This document shows, piece after piece, positions 51,195-64,000 of a stretch of DNA of 64,000 nt. Position 1 is the first letter of the stretch. Each line of letters opens with the position of its first letter. The DNA is from Macrostomum lignano (Eukaryota). The translations under genes and the position numbers were made by a program. The notes beneath the pieces are model-generated. The model was not told the origin of the DNA, did no database searches, and worked only from the letters and a program-made list of their open reading frames with translations. The stretch is from assembly GCA_002269645.1 (NCBI GenBank), contig NIVC01002289.1, positions 1-64,000 of the forward strand. The letters run 5' to 3'.

Positions 51195-51777
51195 GTGATC
51201 GATTAGAGAAAAAATGGCTGGACCGATTTTGTTCAAACTTGCACTGTTCGATCAGAAATTTTCTCGTGACTGTACATGCATCGCGGCTAAGAAATTGCTC
51301 GATGCTAAAGGCATTAAATATTCGAAAAACATGCTTTTTTGCAACGGTCAAGCAAACTTTTCGACTTGAAATGCATTGTAAGAATGCTAGAGAAAAAACT
51401 GACTGGTTGAATTCTGGTTCTGAAATAGATTGCATCATCACTGAATTGTAACTCCGACTTGAATTGAAAATGCAGTGTGGAAGCGTAGCACCAGACTTGA
51501 TTTAAATTGCGTAACCATATTGCTAACTGATACTGACTGACTGAGAAACTGATTATGTCATAACTGCTTCGTGTGATTTACTCTATGCTTGGATTTTAAA
51601 CTGTTGAATTATATATATATATATAAGTGCAAAATTTGATGTTATCAAAAAGATGAGAACTAGCCTAGAGGTGAACAGACTGAACTGCTAAATGCAGCGA
51701 CGATGGTTCGAATTTTCATAGAGTATAATTTTTTTAATTAAAGCTTTTCAACGTCAGGAAAACTAAAAGACTTTTTA

Positions 51778-54210
51778 AAAAGAAGCGTCATGTAAAAATC
51801 ATAGTAGCGTCATGTAAAAAATCGTAGAAGCGTCATATAAAAAATTATAGAAGCGTCATATAAAAATCATAGATGCGTCATTTAAAAAATCATAGAAGCA
51901 TCATATAAAAATCATAGATGCGTCATTTAAAAAACCATAGAAGCATCATGTAAACAATCATAGAAGCGTCATTTAAAAAATCATAGAAGCATCATATAAA
52001 AATCATAGATGCGTCATTTAAAAAATCATAGAAGCATCATGTAAACAATCATAGAAGCGTCATTTAAAAAAATCATAGAAGCGTCATATAAAAATCATAG
52101 ATGCGTCATTTAAAAAATCATGGAAGCGTCATGTAAACAATCATAGAAGCGTCATGTGAAAATCATAGAAGCGTCACGTAAAGAATCATAGAAGCGTCAT
52201 GTAAACAATCATAGAAGCGTCATGTAAACAATCATAGAAGCGTCATGTAAACAATCATAGAAGCGTCATGTAAACAATCATAGAAGCGTCATGTAAAAAA
52301 TCGTAGAAGCGTCATTTAAAAAATCATAGAAGCGTCATGCAAAAATCATAGATGCGTCATTTAAAAAATCATGGAAGCGTCATGTAAACAATCATAGAAG
52401 CGTCATGTAAAAAATCATAGAAGCGTCATATAAAAATCATAGATGCATCATAGATGCCTAGAGGTGAACAGACTGAACTGCTAAATGCAGCGACGATGGT
52501 TCGAATTTTCATAGAGTATAATTTTTTTAATTAAAGCTTTTCAACGTCAGGAAAACTAAAAGACTTTTTAAAAAGAAGCGTCATGTAAAAATCATAGTAG
52601 CGTCATGTAAAAAATCGTAGAAGCGTCCTATAAAAAATTATAGAAGCGTCATATAAAAATCATAGATGCGTCATTTAAAAAATCATAGAAGCATCATATA
52701 AAAATCATAGATGCGTCATTTAAAAAACCATAGAAGCATCATGTAAACAATCATAGAAGCGTCATTTAAAAAATCATAGAAGCATCATATAAAAATCATA
52801 GATGCGTCATTTAAAAAATCATAGAAGCATCATGTAAACAATCATAGAAGCGTCATTTAAAAAAATCATAGAAGCGTCATATAAAAATCATAGATGCGTC
52901 ATTTAAAAAATCATGGAAGCGTCATGTAAACAATCATAGAAGCGTCATGTGAAAATCATAGAAGCGTCACGTAAAGAATCATAGAAGCGTCATGTAAACA
53001 ATCATAGAAGCGTCATGTAAACAATCATAGAAGCGTCATGTAAAAAATCATAGAAGCGTCATGTAAACAATTATAGAAGCGTCATGTAAAAAAATCATAG
53101 AAGCGTCATGTAAACAATCATAGAAGCGTCATGTAAACAATCATAGAAGCGTCATGTAAACAATCATAGAAGCGTCATGTAAAAAATCCTAGAAGCGTCA
53201 TTTAAAAAATCATAGAAGCGTCATGCAAAAATCATAGATGCGTCATTTAAAAAATCATGGAAGCGTCATGTAAACAATCATAGAAGCATCATGTAAAAAA
53301 TCATAGAAGCGTCATATAAAAATCATAGATGCATCATTTAAAAAAATCATAGAAGCGTCATATAAAAAATCATAGAAGCGTCATGTAAAAATCATAGAAG
53401 CGTCATGTAAACAACCATAGAAGCGTCATGTAAAAAATCATAGAAGAGTCATGTAAACAATCATAGAAGTGTCATGTAAGCAATCATAGAAGCGTCATGT
53501 AAACAATCATAGAAGCGTCATGTAAACAATCATAGAAGCGTCATGTAAGCAATCATAAAAGCATCATGTAAACAATCATAGAAGCGTCATGTAAACAATC
53601 ACAGAAGCGTCATGAAAAAATCATAGAAGCGTCATGTAAACAATCATAGAAGCGTCATGTAAACAATCATAGAAGCATCATGTAAAAAAATCATAGTAGC
53701 GTCATGTAAACAATCATAGAAGCGTCATGTAAAGAATCATAGAAGCGTCATGTAAAAAATCATAGATGCGTCATTTAAAAAATCATAGAAGCATTATGTA
53801 AACAATCATAGAAGCGTCATGTAAAAAATCATAGAAACGTCATATAAAAATCATAGATGCGTCATTTAAAAAATCATAGAAGCATCATGTGAAAATCATA
53901 AAAGCGTCACGTAAAGAATCATAGAAGCGTCATGTAAACAATCATAGAAGCGTCATGTAAACAATCATAGAAGCGTCATGTAAAAAATCATAGAAGCGTC
54001 ATGTAAACAATCATAGAAGCGTCATGTAAACAATCATAGAAGCGTCATTTAAAAAATCATAGAAGCGTCATGTAAACAATCATAGAAGCGTCATGTAAAA
54101 AATCATAGAAGCGTCATGTAAAAAATCATAGAAGCGTCATGTAAAAAATCATAGAAGCGTCATGTAAAAATCGTAGAAGCGTCATTTAAAAATCATAGAA
54201 AATCATAAAA
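51778..54210. repeat. 23-25-bp tandem array (AATCATAGAAGCGTCATGTAAAC) inside the Helitron, including a 793-bp segmental duplication (starts 51663 and 52456)
   Basis: Directly visible; the unique spacer GCCTAGAGGTGAACAGACTG... occurs twice, 793 bp apart. Confidence 0.95.
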
Positions 54211-55049
54211 ATCAAAAATTAAATGCAGCTATAATGCTGTGCTGGGGAGAAAAACTGAGATGTAAAGGCTCTCAGAGAATAACTGCTAAGATTACGGGGG
54301 GGGGGGTTTCTGAGATGTCAAAGCAAAAGTCAGAAGCTACTTCAAAGTTCATGTACTTTACTCAATTTTTTTATTGCATTCTTTGTTGGCTCGCCACGGG
54401 AGGCGCTTATAGAAGAAGAGTCATGTAAAAAATAAAAGTAGCACTACGAGCGTATGTACGAGCTATACATAAAAGAAAAGTCATGTTCAAGTTAAAAGAT
54501 TTTATTTGGGAATTGCTACGATGTCAAAGCTTGGTGGAAATCGTTATAGTGCTGTGATTCTTAAAGAAGGAATCACTAAAATGTCAAGGCTTAGGGGAGA
54601 AGAATTGCTGAGATTTCAAGGCTTTAGGTTGGGTTAAAGTTAGGTTTAGGTCAGGTGTGGGTTGAGGGTTATATTTTATCGGGTTTCAAGGTTAACAGAA
54701 TAACAGGGGATTTTTTAGATTTCAAGGTTTATAGAGGCCATCGCTGACATGTTAAGGCTTACGGGGGGAATAGCTGAGATGTCAAGGCTCACGGGGTATA
54801 AATGAGATTTCAAGGCTAAAGTCAGAAGCTACATGTAGTTTATTGAAAACTTTTTATTACATTATTTGATGCCTCCTCAGGGGAGGGATCGCTGATAAAA
54901 AAAGCGTAATGTAAAAAATAAAAGAAGCTTCATGTCGAAGTTAAGAGATTCATTTGGGAATCCCTACGATGTCGAGGCTTGCAGGAAATCGCTATAATGC
55001 TGTAGTAGTGCTATAGTGACTCTTAGAGAGAATTACTGAAATTTCAATG

Positions 55050-55111
55050 TTAGGTTAGGGTTAGGGTTAGGGTTAGGGCTAGGGTTAGGGTTAGGGTTAG
55101 GCTAGGGTTAG
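55050..55111 (+). repeat. Interstitial (TTAGGG)n tract inside the Helitron
   Basis: About 10 TTAGGG/CTAGGG units; a degenerate tract also lies at about 54625-54670. Confidence 0.93.
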
Positions 55112-57464
55112 AAGGTTGACAGATATTTTTAGATTTCCAAGGCTTATTGGGGGCATTGCTGAGATGTCAAGGGGGAAGTTGATATGTCAAAGCTTGTGGG
55201 GGGGGAATTACTGACATGTCAAGGCTTACAAGGTTTGACAGGAGATTTTTTAAGATTTCAAGGATACATGTAGCTTATTAAAAAAACGTGTATTGCATTT
55301 ATTTGGCTCCCCAACGGGGGGCGTAGATTGCTAGTACTTTTACTATACTTTTATAGTATAGTAGAGAGGTACTCTATTTAAATGCAGTATTAAGAAGTGA
55401 AACAAATTTATATATTTAATTATTAAATTAAATTAATTCAAGGTAAATAACTAATTGAACCAATTTATTAGGAGTATTTAATATTATAATAAATTGATTT
55501 TTATACCTTACACGAAATAAGCTCTACATTCATTTCTTAGCTTGGGGCCCATCTGTATAAGGTCAGTTTCTTCAAAATGCTGATTAATTAATTAAGGCCT
55601 GTTGTCTTTACTTTAATTTATAAGGGCATCTTAGAAGTTAATATTACTATATAATACATGTATAATATTATTACTATATTATAATAATATAGTTGCAATT
55701 TTAATGACTATTGAATAAGTCTAAATGCTTCCCCTATTGACTTTAAATATATGGTATCTTTCCCTTCAGAAAAAATTAGCATAGAATGACTTGATGAAAA
55801 CAAAAAAAAAATCATTTCGAGATACACATTTGCTGATCATTCAGGTCAAATTTCAAGGTCCAGTTTTGCACATGTTTCTCTGTAGCTTGGTTACAAGGAT
55901 TCTAATAAAAATATAATAAATATGTCCAATGAACTAACTGATACATAGCCAAATTGAAGTATTTTCAAAAACAAAAAAAATCATTTGCTCAGTTTACTTT
56001 ACTCGATATCTGTGTAAAATTTCAGCTCAAAAGGTGCTCCATGGAGAATGCTAGTGTGGTTACAGGATATTTATTTTGTGCTTCAAAGTAGGAGTTTATT
56101 GCGATGCATGGTTGCTTTTAATTATTTTTATCAACAATAGTACTCTATTTCATAACAATTTTTACAAAAAGATAATAAGACATGTTTTTCTAATTATCTG
56201 CATCAAAATGTATCATTTTAAGCGCACATTCTAGACGTCAGCTGAAAAATACATTTTGTGAAATGAGAAGAGGCTATCCCACCGGAAATGCTAGGTGTAC
56301 AGTTAAGTGTCTATAAAATCATTTATGAAAGCTTTAAAAAAAATCTTAAATTAAATTTATATAAGCTTTCATTTTAAATGTAATATAGCAAGTTTTCAAC
56401 ACAACAACAACTTTTTTTAGCTACAGACATCATAGTGTCAAAAATTAGGACATCGGTGAAGTGATTGAATTTGAATTTTTTCATCACCTAATATCGCCTA
56501 ATACCGCAAGACAACTTAAAACACTTTTGCAACATAAATTTCAACCTAAAAATTATCTTTATTCACAGATGAAAGTGTCCTATTATTTTCAATACGGCAG
56601 TAACAATAGTAAATGTTCCGAAAATTGTTAAAATTTTTGCTCCTCCCAGAATTTGAGAATGACCCAGCTCTAGCAAATATTCTAAATCTAAGGTTACTTG
56701 ATTTATTTTGAAAATTGTTCCAGATATAGGTCATAGTCAGGAAGGTGTGCCCTACACTAGAATAAGTTTTATGTGCCATTTGCTAAAGCTCTTTCAGTTT
56801 TTATATCTTGAAAACAAATTTTAAAAGATGTTTATAAATTTAATATTATTTCTAGATTCAATTAGTGATAGACAAAATGTGGATTTTTGCACCTGTAAAA
56901 CTTTTGCCAATACTTTCAAATAGATCTTTTGATAATTAAAATGTTATAAAAAGTGTCGGAAAAAGTGTCAGAAGATATGTCTAAAAATGTGTCAGCAAAA
57001 GTTAACTGTTACAACACTTTTTGTGACATTTAAAGTGTTGTAAAAAAGTGTCAAAAGATCTATCTGAAAATGTGTCGGCAAAAGTTATATAGGTAATTTT
57101 TGTAAGTTTCCAAAACCAAATCCAAATATAAAATGTTCTAAACCTAGATCCAATTATCTGAATAGGTTTCCAAATACAAGCAAAAAGTAAATGGTAAATG
57201 GTTAAAATAACTATGACACTTTTAAGTAACAAAAATGCTTTGTTATCTAAATAATGATTTAAGTGAACAACTAGTCCTTAAATGAAATTCAGGTGAAATT
57301 GTAAGATTAAAAACTTGTTTTTTTTAATTTGCTATTTACAATATGAGCAAACTTTTCTTTTAATAAAAAATAGTTTTTGTGCATAGCACAGTCAAACTTT
57401 TGATAGGATTTATTCTAGTGCATTGTGCAATCAAACTTTTTTGATAGGATTTGTTTTGGTGCAA

Positions 57465-60170
57465 GTGTACTATGCCACACTCCAGATCATATAGTATATA
57501 CCCAAAAATTTGGGCCTGCATTGGCCTTGTACACCAAAATTAGGCATGCACAGTTGGCGTGCATCACTCCTAAAAAAATAGTATGTGTGCACACTTGGCA
57601 TGCACTTTATAAAATCACGCGTAAGAGTTGTTGTGAAATTAAAAAAAGATAAAAAAAGTTCATTTTTAAGTGCAAATTTCAAGTTTTCCAATTTATTCAA
57701 GCTCGTAATAAAGCATTTAAACAAATCTTTGCATGTATAAATTTTTCTCTGTAAATATTATCACCAAAAAAGCATAAAAAGCAACCAAATTATCTGGTAA
57801 TAAAGTCTGTTACACAATTTAAAAAAGGTATTCTATTGTCACAATATAAAAAAAGTTATTTATTGTGGAAACACCACTGGCATATTTTTGAGAATGGGCA
57901 TGCACTATATTTTTTGGTGTGCATTTGTAATTATTCAATTTTTGTTCAAGTGTGCACCTAGCATGATCCAGACTTTGGGTGCTATGATCCTGACTATGGG
58001 CAAATTCTAAATACTAATACTCATATTGACTGGCGTTATATTTATACAAGTTGAAAACTTTACCATAAGTCCATGCATTTGCATTTTTATAAAACCAAAC
58101 TAATGATTACACTTAAACAATGATTGCCAAAAATGTTTTTGCAACTTTAGGTTCAATGCCTCAAAGGTCTTAAAATAATAACTTTAATTGATACAACTTT
58201 CTTTTAAATATAAGCCTATATTTATTACAAAAATGAAAAATATGATGTAAAATGTTTGTATTTATATATTTTATTATACTCTCTTATATCAAAAGTTTTA
58301 TTTCTTTTATGGTTAAATATGTTTAGAGTTTTTAATTTTTTTATTCAGAAGCACATTTGGAAATATTAAAAAAATAATATTTCTGAATCCAAAACATTTA
58401 TATTTCTATAAAAAGTAAGACATTTTTGGCTTCAAATCCAAATATTCAGATCTATCACTAGACTAAATCACTTGTAATAGCTTTATTTTTATCCAAATTG
58501 AATTGAATTTGAACTTTTGAGCAGTCTGTTAGTAATGTAAATAGAAATTTGTTAAAAGGGATAATGAATTTTAGAAGATAAAGACCTAAAAAAGGACTAT
58601 ACTCTGGATCATATAGTATAACATAGCCCTATTGGAAAAAGTTTCAAAAACCTGTGGATGTGCAACACGGGTGCCAAAATTGTACCTTCAAAAGTGCAAC
58701 GCAACACTAAATTTTGTTGACTAGGGGGCAAAGATGCGCGACACAATACCAATGTCTGTTAACCAAATGACCAGGGAAGCGAGAGACAAGAGTATTCCTT
58801 TCAATTTTGTGGAAAAAAAAAAAAAATTTAAAAACAATAAAAAGTAGAACAACAAAGGTATAGCAGTTAGAAAAACAGTGCATGCATTGTAACTTACAAG
58901 TAACATTTCTAAAAATTATATTTGAAGTATTAGTTACTTTACCATAAAAAAAACAATTCAAGAACTAGTTATTATCAAACATGTTTGAAACATTTAAACA
59001 CCAAGAAACAACAGTGAACAGATTATAATGAAATGCCATTTGCAAGGTTTTGGCTGCAGATCTAGGCTGCAACGCAACACATGACAACACCAGCTGCCAA
59101 GTTGCCACAGTGTCGCGCAATGTGACACACCACTTGACACCATTGTCGCGTGACGCAACACCAGGAGAATCTGAAAATGCAACAGATGGTTGTCCGCATT
59201 TTGTCAACTTATTCCAATAGGGTGGCATAGGTCTATATTATATGCCTTGCATGCCTAAAATTAACTGTGCAGTTGGTGTGCATGATTCCTTAAAATTGTA
59301 TGCATGTACACTTAGTATGCACTTCATAGATTCACATATAATAGTTAGTGTTAAGTAGAAAAAATATAAAAATATTTATATTTTGGATAGTTAAATATAT
59401 ATTTCAAGATTTTTGACTTTTAAGCTCATTAATAAAGTATTTAAACAAATGTTTGTGCATACAGATTTATTGCTATAAATGGTATATACAAAGAAGATAA
59501 ATAATCAACCAAATTATTTGCCAAAAAAGGTATTTTCTACTATGTAAAAAGGTCATTTACAGTTGCAATCCAAAAAGGTCATTTATTGTTACAACACTAG
59601 CCTAGATTTAAGAGTGTAGGCATATATTCTAAAAATTTTTGTATGCATATTTGTAACGATTTAATTCTTGTTTGGGTGTCCACCTAGCATGATCCGGATT
59701 AAAGAGAAAGAACAAAAGAGTGGCTTTGTATTTTAGTAAAAATTCTGTTATTTCTCTCTTTTATTTTTTCTAGACTTTGCATAAGGGAAAAAGGCAACTA
59801 CCACACTCTAGATCATGTAGTATAAGGCATATCCCTAAAAATTTAGGTGTGCATTGGCCTTGTATACCAAAAGCTAGGCATGTATAGTTGGCATGCATTT
59901 ACTTCTTAGAAAATAATGTATGCACACCTGATGTGCACTTTATAGAATCACATAAAAGAGTATTGTGTTAACTGTAAAAAATAGTTAAAAGTTTATTTTT
60001 AAGCATAAAAATCAAGCTTTCTGGTTTTTAAGGTTATAATGAAGCATTTAAACAAATTTTTGTGTGTATTGACTTTTAGCTATAAATAGTATATAGGCAA
60101 AAAATAATAAACCAAATAAGCCAAAAAGGGTCCTTTATGCAACATAAAAAGGTCATTAATTGCTGCAACA
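57465..60170. repeat. Old diverged repeat of about 400-500 bp present three times (about 57470-57975, 59235-59700, 59805-60170)
   Basis: Shared segments such as CCACACTC.AGATCAT.TAGTATA, TGCATTGGCCTTGTA.ACCAAAA, CAACCAAATTAT.TG and CACCTAGCATGATCC; boundaries approximate. Confidence 0.65.
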
Positions 60171-60184
60171 CTCATGCTCGAGTG

Positions 60185-60332
60185 CAACCTAGGGATTCAC
60201 CTGGCCATTTCTATTGGCAACACACATGTAAGTCACTATTGGATAGAATAGTAGTCATGTGACTGCTGTTGGCCAATAGCAACTCACATGTGTGTGTTGC
60301 CAATAGAAATGGCCAAGTGATTCCTAAGGTTG
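60185..60332. repeat. Imperfect hairpin/MITE-like palindrome of about 148 bp
   Basis: CAACCTAGGGATTCACCTGGCCATTTCTATTGGCAACACACATGT pairs with ACATGTGTGTGTTGCCAATAGAAATGGCCAAGTGATTCCTAAGGTTG. Confidence 0.85.
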
Positions 60333-60987
60333 TGCATGTATGGCAACACTAGACTTTTGGGAGCACAAAAAATGTCTATAGAAAAATTGTCTACCAAGAT
60401 TTGCCTGTACAAGAGATTTGCCTGCAGTGAATTTTGCCTATGAGTGAATTACCTATAGAGATTTGCCTGTCAAGATTTGCTAGCAAGCAAATTGGCTGCT
60501 GAGTTTTTTCTTGCTGACGTTTGCCTGCAAAGCTTTTTTCCTATAGCATATTTAGCCACATGGAAGAGTTTAGTAAGCTTTAATAAAAACATTTATCCAA
60601 TCAAAATGTTTTCATTGTAACTGCATATTAAATGCATATTTGGGGGGATTTACTTGTAGGCAAATTTCACTTTAAGCAAATTGCATTTTGGGCAAATCTC
60701 CATGGGCAGAAGTGTAGGTATGCATTCAAATTTTTTTATCCAAATTCTTTGCTAAATAAATAAATAACATTAGCCGCTATTGCATATAGTATAGATAATA
60801 TAAAATATGTTTATACTTTACCAAACTAAATCCATATACTAAAAATGGTTTGTTGTAAATTACTAAATTAGAAAGTTTTCACTTTTTTTTTGTTCTCCCA
60901 TTTGCTTTGGCTTTGCATTTTTACTTTTTTGCTTTAAAAAATCATGGGTTCTTTATAATTTTTTTAATTTATAATATAGCTATTAAA

Positions 60988-61349
60988 CAGGGGTGTTGCC
61001 ATGGATTCTTTGGTAGGGGGGGGACAAAATCAAGAATCCAACATGTACATGAGTAATTCTTACATTTCCATTTTTTGAAAAATGTGTTGTCAGTGCTCAT
61101 TTTGGCATTGCAAATACTCACTTTAGTGTTATAAGCATTCCTTTTGGTGCCTCAAGCATTCCTTTTAGTGCCAAAGGTACTCATTTTGGTGCCAAAGGGC
61201 AAAGGCGCTATATTTTGGCACCTTAAAAATAATTGATTACCACAATGGGTGACAAGATGGGTTGGGAGAGGGCAAAGCATTGGCATGTCCCCCCATAGCT
61301 TTTACTAGGGGGGGGAGGGAGGACATGCCCCCCAGTGGAAATGCACCTG
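60988..61349. mobile_element. Degenerate hAT-type MITE candidate
   Basis: Begins CAGGGGTGTTGCCA...GGGGGGG and ends GCCCCCCAGTGGAAATGCACCTG; internal TTTTGGTGCC repeats; no clean TSD. Confidence 0.4.
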
Positions 61350-62639
61350 ACTATAAGAAAAATTAGAATAAAGAGATTTGATCATTGCAGCTTGTAGCTA
61401 TAGAGATGGCATGGTAAAATTTTGTATGGCTATGACTATACAGATATAGTGGTAGAATACTAGTAATTATCCCCTTTCCTCTTTCTTCTAGTTATACCAC
61501 TGCAGTCTTTTATGTTCATGATAAAATTAACAATTGTCATAAACTTATAAAAAAACTTTCAAAAATGCTAAGAATTATATCAAATATTAGCAAAATGCTT
61601 CTATTAATTACTGGATCAAGGGCCCTATTGGAATAAGTTTAAAAAACCCATAGATGTGCTTCACTGATGCAAAAAAGTAGCTCAAATGCCAATATACAAG
61701 ACAAGAGTATTAAAATGTGCAATGCACTGCAAAAAATTACAATTTGAAAATTATGTAGCATGGTGGAAAACAAAAGATAACAACCAATATAAAACCAGGA
61801 AAATAAAGTAAATGTGTAAAGTAAACTCTATACTCAAAGTCTTATACTATAACTGTGTTATTCCTGTAATTTTGCACACACCAAGCTTAGAAGTGCTGCT
61901 ACCAATCAACCGCAACATGCAATACTGCCCTTCAATGTGACATGACACTGTCTTTCTTTACTCCAATGTGACCCTGAAAATATTGAAAATGCAATTGACA
62001 GCCATCTGCAATAAGGATCAAGCCATGAATTCCAGCATTAGCATGAATTTTAAGAATTAATTGCATTTTGTTGTAAAATATGTTATTACTTATTACTTGT
62101 TAATCAGACTTGTTTTTCCACATTTCAATAAAACATTTTTATGTAAGTCACATTAAAAAATAGTTCATGTATGGTATGCAGACTATCATTCCTCAAAAAA
62201 ATTCTGATGCACACTGCCACCTTAACTACAGAAAGTAGGATAAGATCTTAATCCTGATACCATTCTTTATTCTATCTTTAAATATTGTTATAAATTAGAT
62301 AATGATTTTTAGGATATAGTAGGATATCCTAGATATCAGTGAATCTTAAATTATACTCCTGATTGCATGATAAACTTTTAAATTTTATCTTCTACTAATG
62401 AGATTTTCATAGTGTATCCAAATATCCTTGATTACTAGATTTTGATGTATGCTTTTTGGTATCTTACTAAGTTAGTTTTAGTATGTAGTTTCACAAGATC
62501 AAACCATTTTTATAGTTAAACTCTTTAATCTGTTTCTTACTATTTAAGTGGTAGGAGCATGCTTAGTACAATTTTAATTTGATGATTTGGCAATTTTTTA
62601 ATTCTACATTTGTTTCAGACTTGCAAATTTACCATCGCC

Positions 62640-63919
62640 ATGTCTTTGTCAAAAACAATGGCTTGCAACATTTCTCGTCGTATGTACTCAGCAGTGCAGA
62701 GCACAACTCAAGTGCCTCAGCAGGCTGCAACTGAAAGAACTGCAGATCCGCTGACTGACAGGTTCAAGCGACGACACACATACTTACGCATCTCGCTTGC
62801 CGAAAAGTGTAACTTGCGATGTAAGTGATTCTCTTTGCTTCTTGCTTCTTTTTTCCTTTTGCCCACAATGCATTTTAACGAAATTCATGCGTATCTATAA
62901 AATTGCAGGCCAGTACTGCATGCCGGCCGAAGGTGTCTCGCTAACACCATCTAAGTCACTACTGACTAGCACTGAGATTTCCCGTCTAGCGCGCGCATTC
63001 GTTAGCTGGGGTGTGCGCAAGGTGCGCCTCACTGGCGGCGAGCCGCTCCTGCGCGCCGACCTATTGGACATTGTTGCCGGATTGAATGAGCTAAGGTCGC
63101 AGGGCCTGCAGTCAATCGGCATAACAACTAATGGCATTTTGCTCCAGCGCCAGGCCCGGGCGCTCCGACAGGCCGGCTTAGATGCCTTGAACGTCAGCTG
63201 CGACACCTTGGTCCCCGGCAAGTTCGAGTTGGTCACTAGGCGGCGCGGCTGGGACCGCGTCTGGTCAGGCGTGCGGCACGCTCTCGACAGCGGCTTTCCC
63301 ATTGTGAAGATCAACTGCGTTGCTATGCGCGGCTTTAACGATGATGAATTAGTTGATTTTGTCCGTCTCACTCTGGACCATGCCTACGATGTACGCTTCA
63401 TTGAGTACATGCCATTCGATGGCAACCGGTGGAGCACCAGGAAGATGCTGCCCTACGCTGAAATGCTGGACAGAATTCGTGTTGAATTTCCTAACATCGA
63501 GCGCCTGCCAGACGAGCCCAACCACGTGTCCAAAGCGTGGAAAGTGCCCGGCGCTAGGGGCCGTGTCGGCTTCATCTCTAGCATGACGCAGCATTTTTGC
63601 GCAGTGTGCAACAGGGTTCGAGTCACGGCCGATGGCAATTTTAAAGTGTGCCTCCACGGCGGCAGCGAAGTCAGTCTGCGCGACGCGATACGGTCCGGCG
63701 CCACTGACGATGAGCTGAAGCAGATCGTGTCCGATTCTCTGCAGCGTAAGAAAGCTCAGCATGCCGGTAAGTAAATCTGTTCTTTATGTCGCTTTCAATT
63801 TAGCACTACTCTAAGTAGTTCGTGCTGCACCATATTAGTCGACTATCTTAAAACAAATTTTAGGAATGGAGACTCTGTCCAAACTCAAGAACCGACCGAT
63901 GATTCTTATTGGTGGCTGA
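62640..63919 (+). CDS. MOCS1: Molybdenum cofactor biosynthesis protein MOCS1A (MoaA-type radical-SAM GTP 3',8-cyclase), 3 exons, 364 aa
   Basis: Exons 62640-62820, 62909-63766 and 63864-63919. Motifs: LTDRFKRRHTYLRISL.EKCNLRCQYCMP (CxxxCxxC split by intron 1), VRLTGGEPL, VRFIEYMPF, FCAVCNRVRVTADG.FKVCL (second Fe-S site) and C-terminal NRPMILIGG*. N-terminal mitochondrial-targeting-like leader. AATAAA 63955-63960. Confidence 0.97.
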
Positions 63920-64000
63920 TATCCATCTTCTTTGAACTTATTGAAAGATTTTTAAATAAATCGTGCTACTACCCAGATTACACCGTCCATTCCAATTTTG

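Larger units (their letters stand above)
51133..55334 (+). mobile_element. Non-autonomous Helitron, 4.2 kb, carrying a 23-25-bp satellite array and telomeric-type tracts
   Basis: 5' end A|TCCTATATACTAAAAATGGTCTGTCTG followed by (TCTA)n and GGCTGGACCGATTTTG (typical of invertebrate non-autonomous Helitrons). 3' hairpin GCTCCCCAACGGGGGGC then CTAG|T, i.e. an A|T insertion site with no TSD. A second 3' copy lies at 18960-19411. Confidence 0.85.

Overview
This is eukaryotic (metazoan invertebrate) genomic DNA, not prokaryotic. GC-rich exons, AT-rich intergenic DNA and very many intronic minisatellites resemble a Macrostomum-type flatworm (inference only). Six protein-coding loci were reconstructed by hand: a calbindin-32/calretinin-like EF-hand gene (+, about 8-10 single-base frameshifts); an MFSD4/NaGLT1-like MFS transporter (-, 3 exons, 2 frameshifts); an unrecognised 77-aa secreted prepropeptide (-); a complete 16-exon RasGRP gene (+, 813 aa, two GC-AG introns); a CEP170-like FHA gene (+, 8 exons); and a 3-exon MOCS1A gene (+). 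The rest holds two P-superfamily transposon remnants between two inverted 21-bp arrays, Tc1/mariner-type MITEs, a 4.2-kb non-autonomous Helitron with a satellite array and TTAGGG tracts, a Merlin-like MITE whose TIR has expanded into a 41-bp array, a tRNA-derived CORE/Meta-type SINE, long hairpins and about 20 tandem repeats. Most long ORFs in the supplied track are repeat artefacts. There is no CRISPR array, rRNA or convincing tRNA gene.
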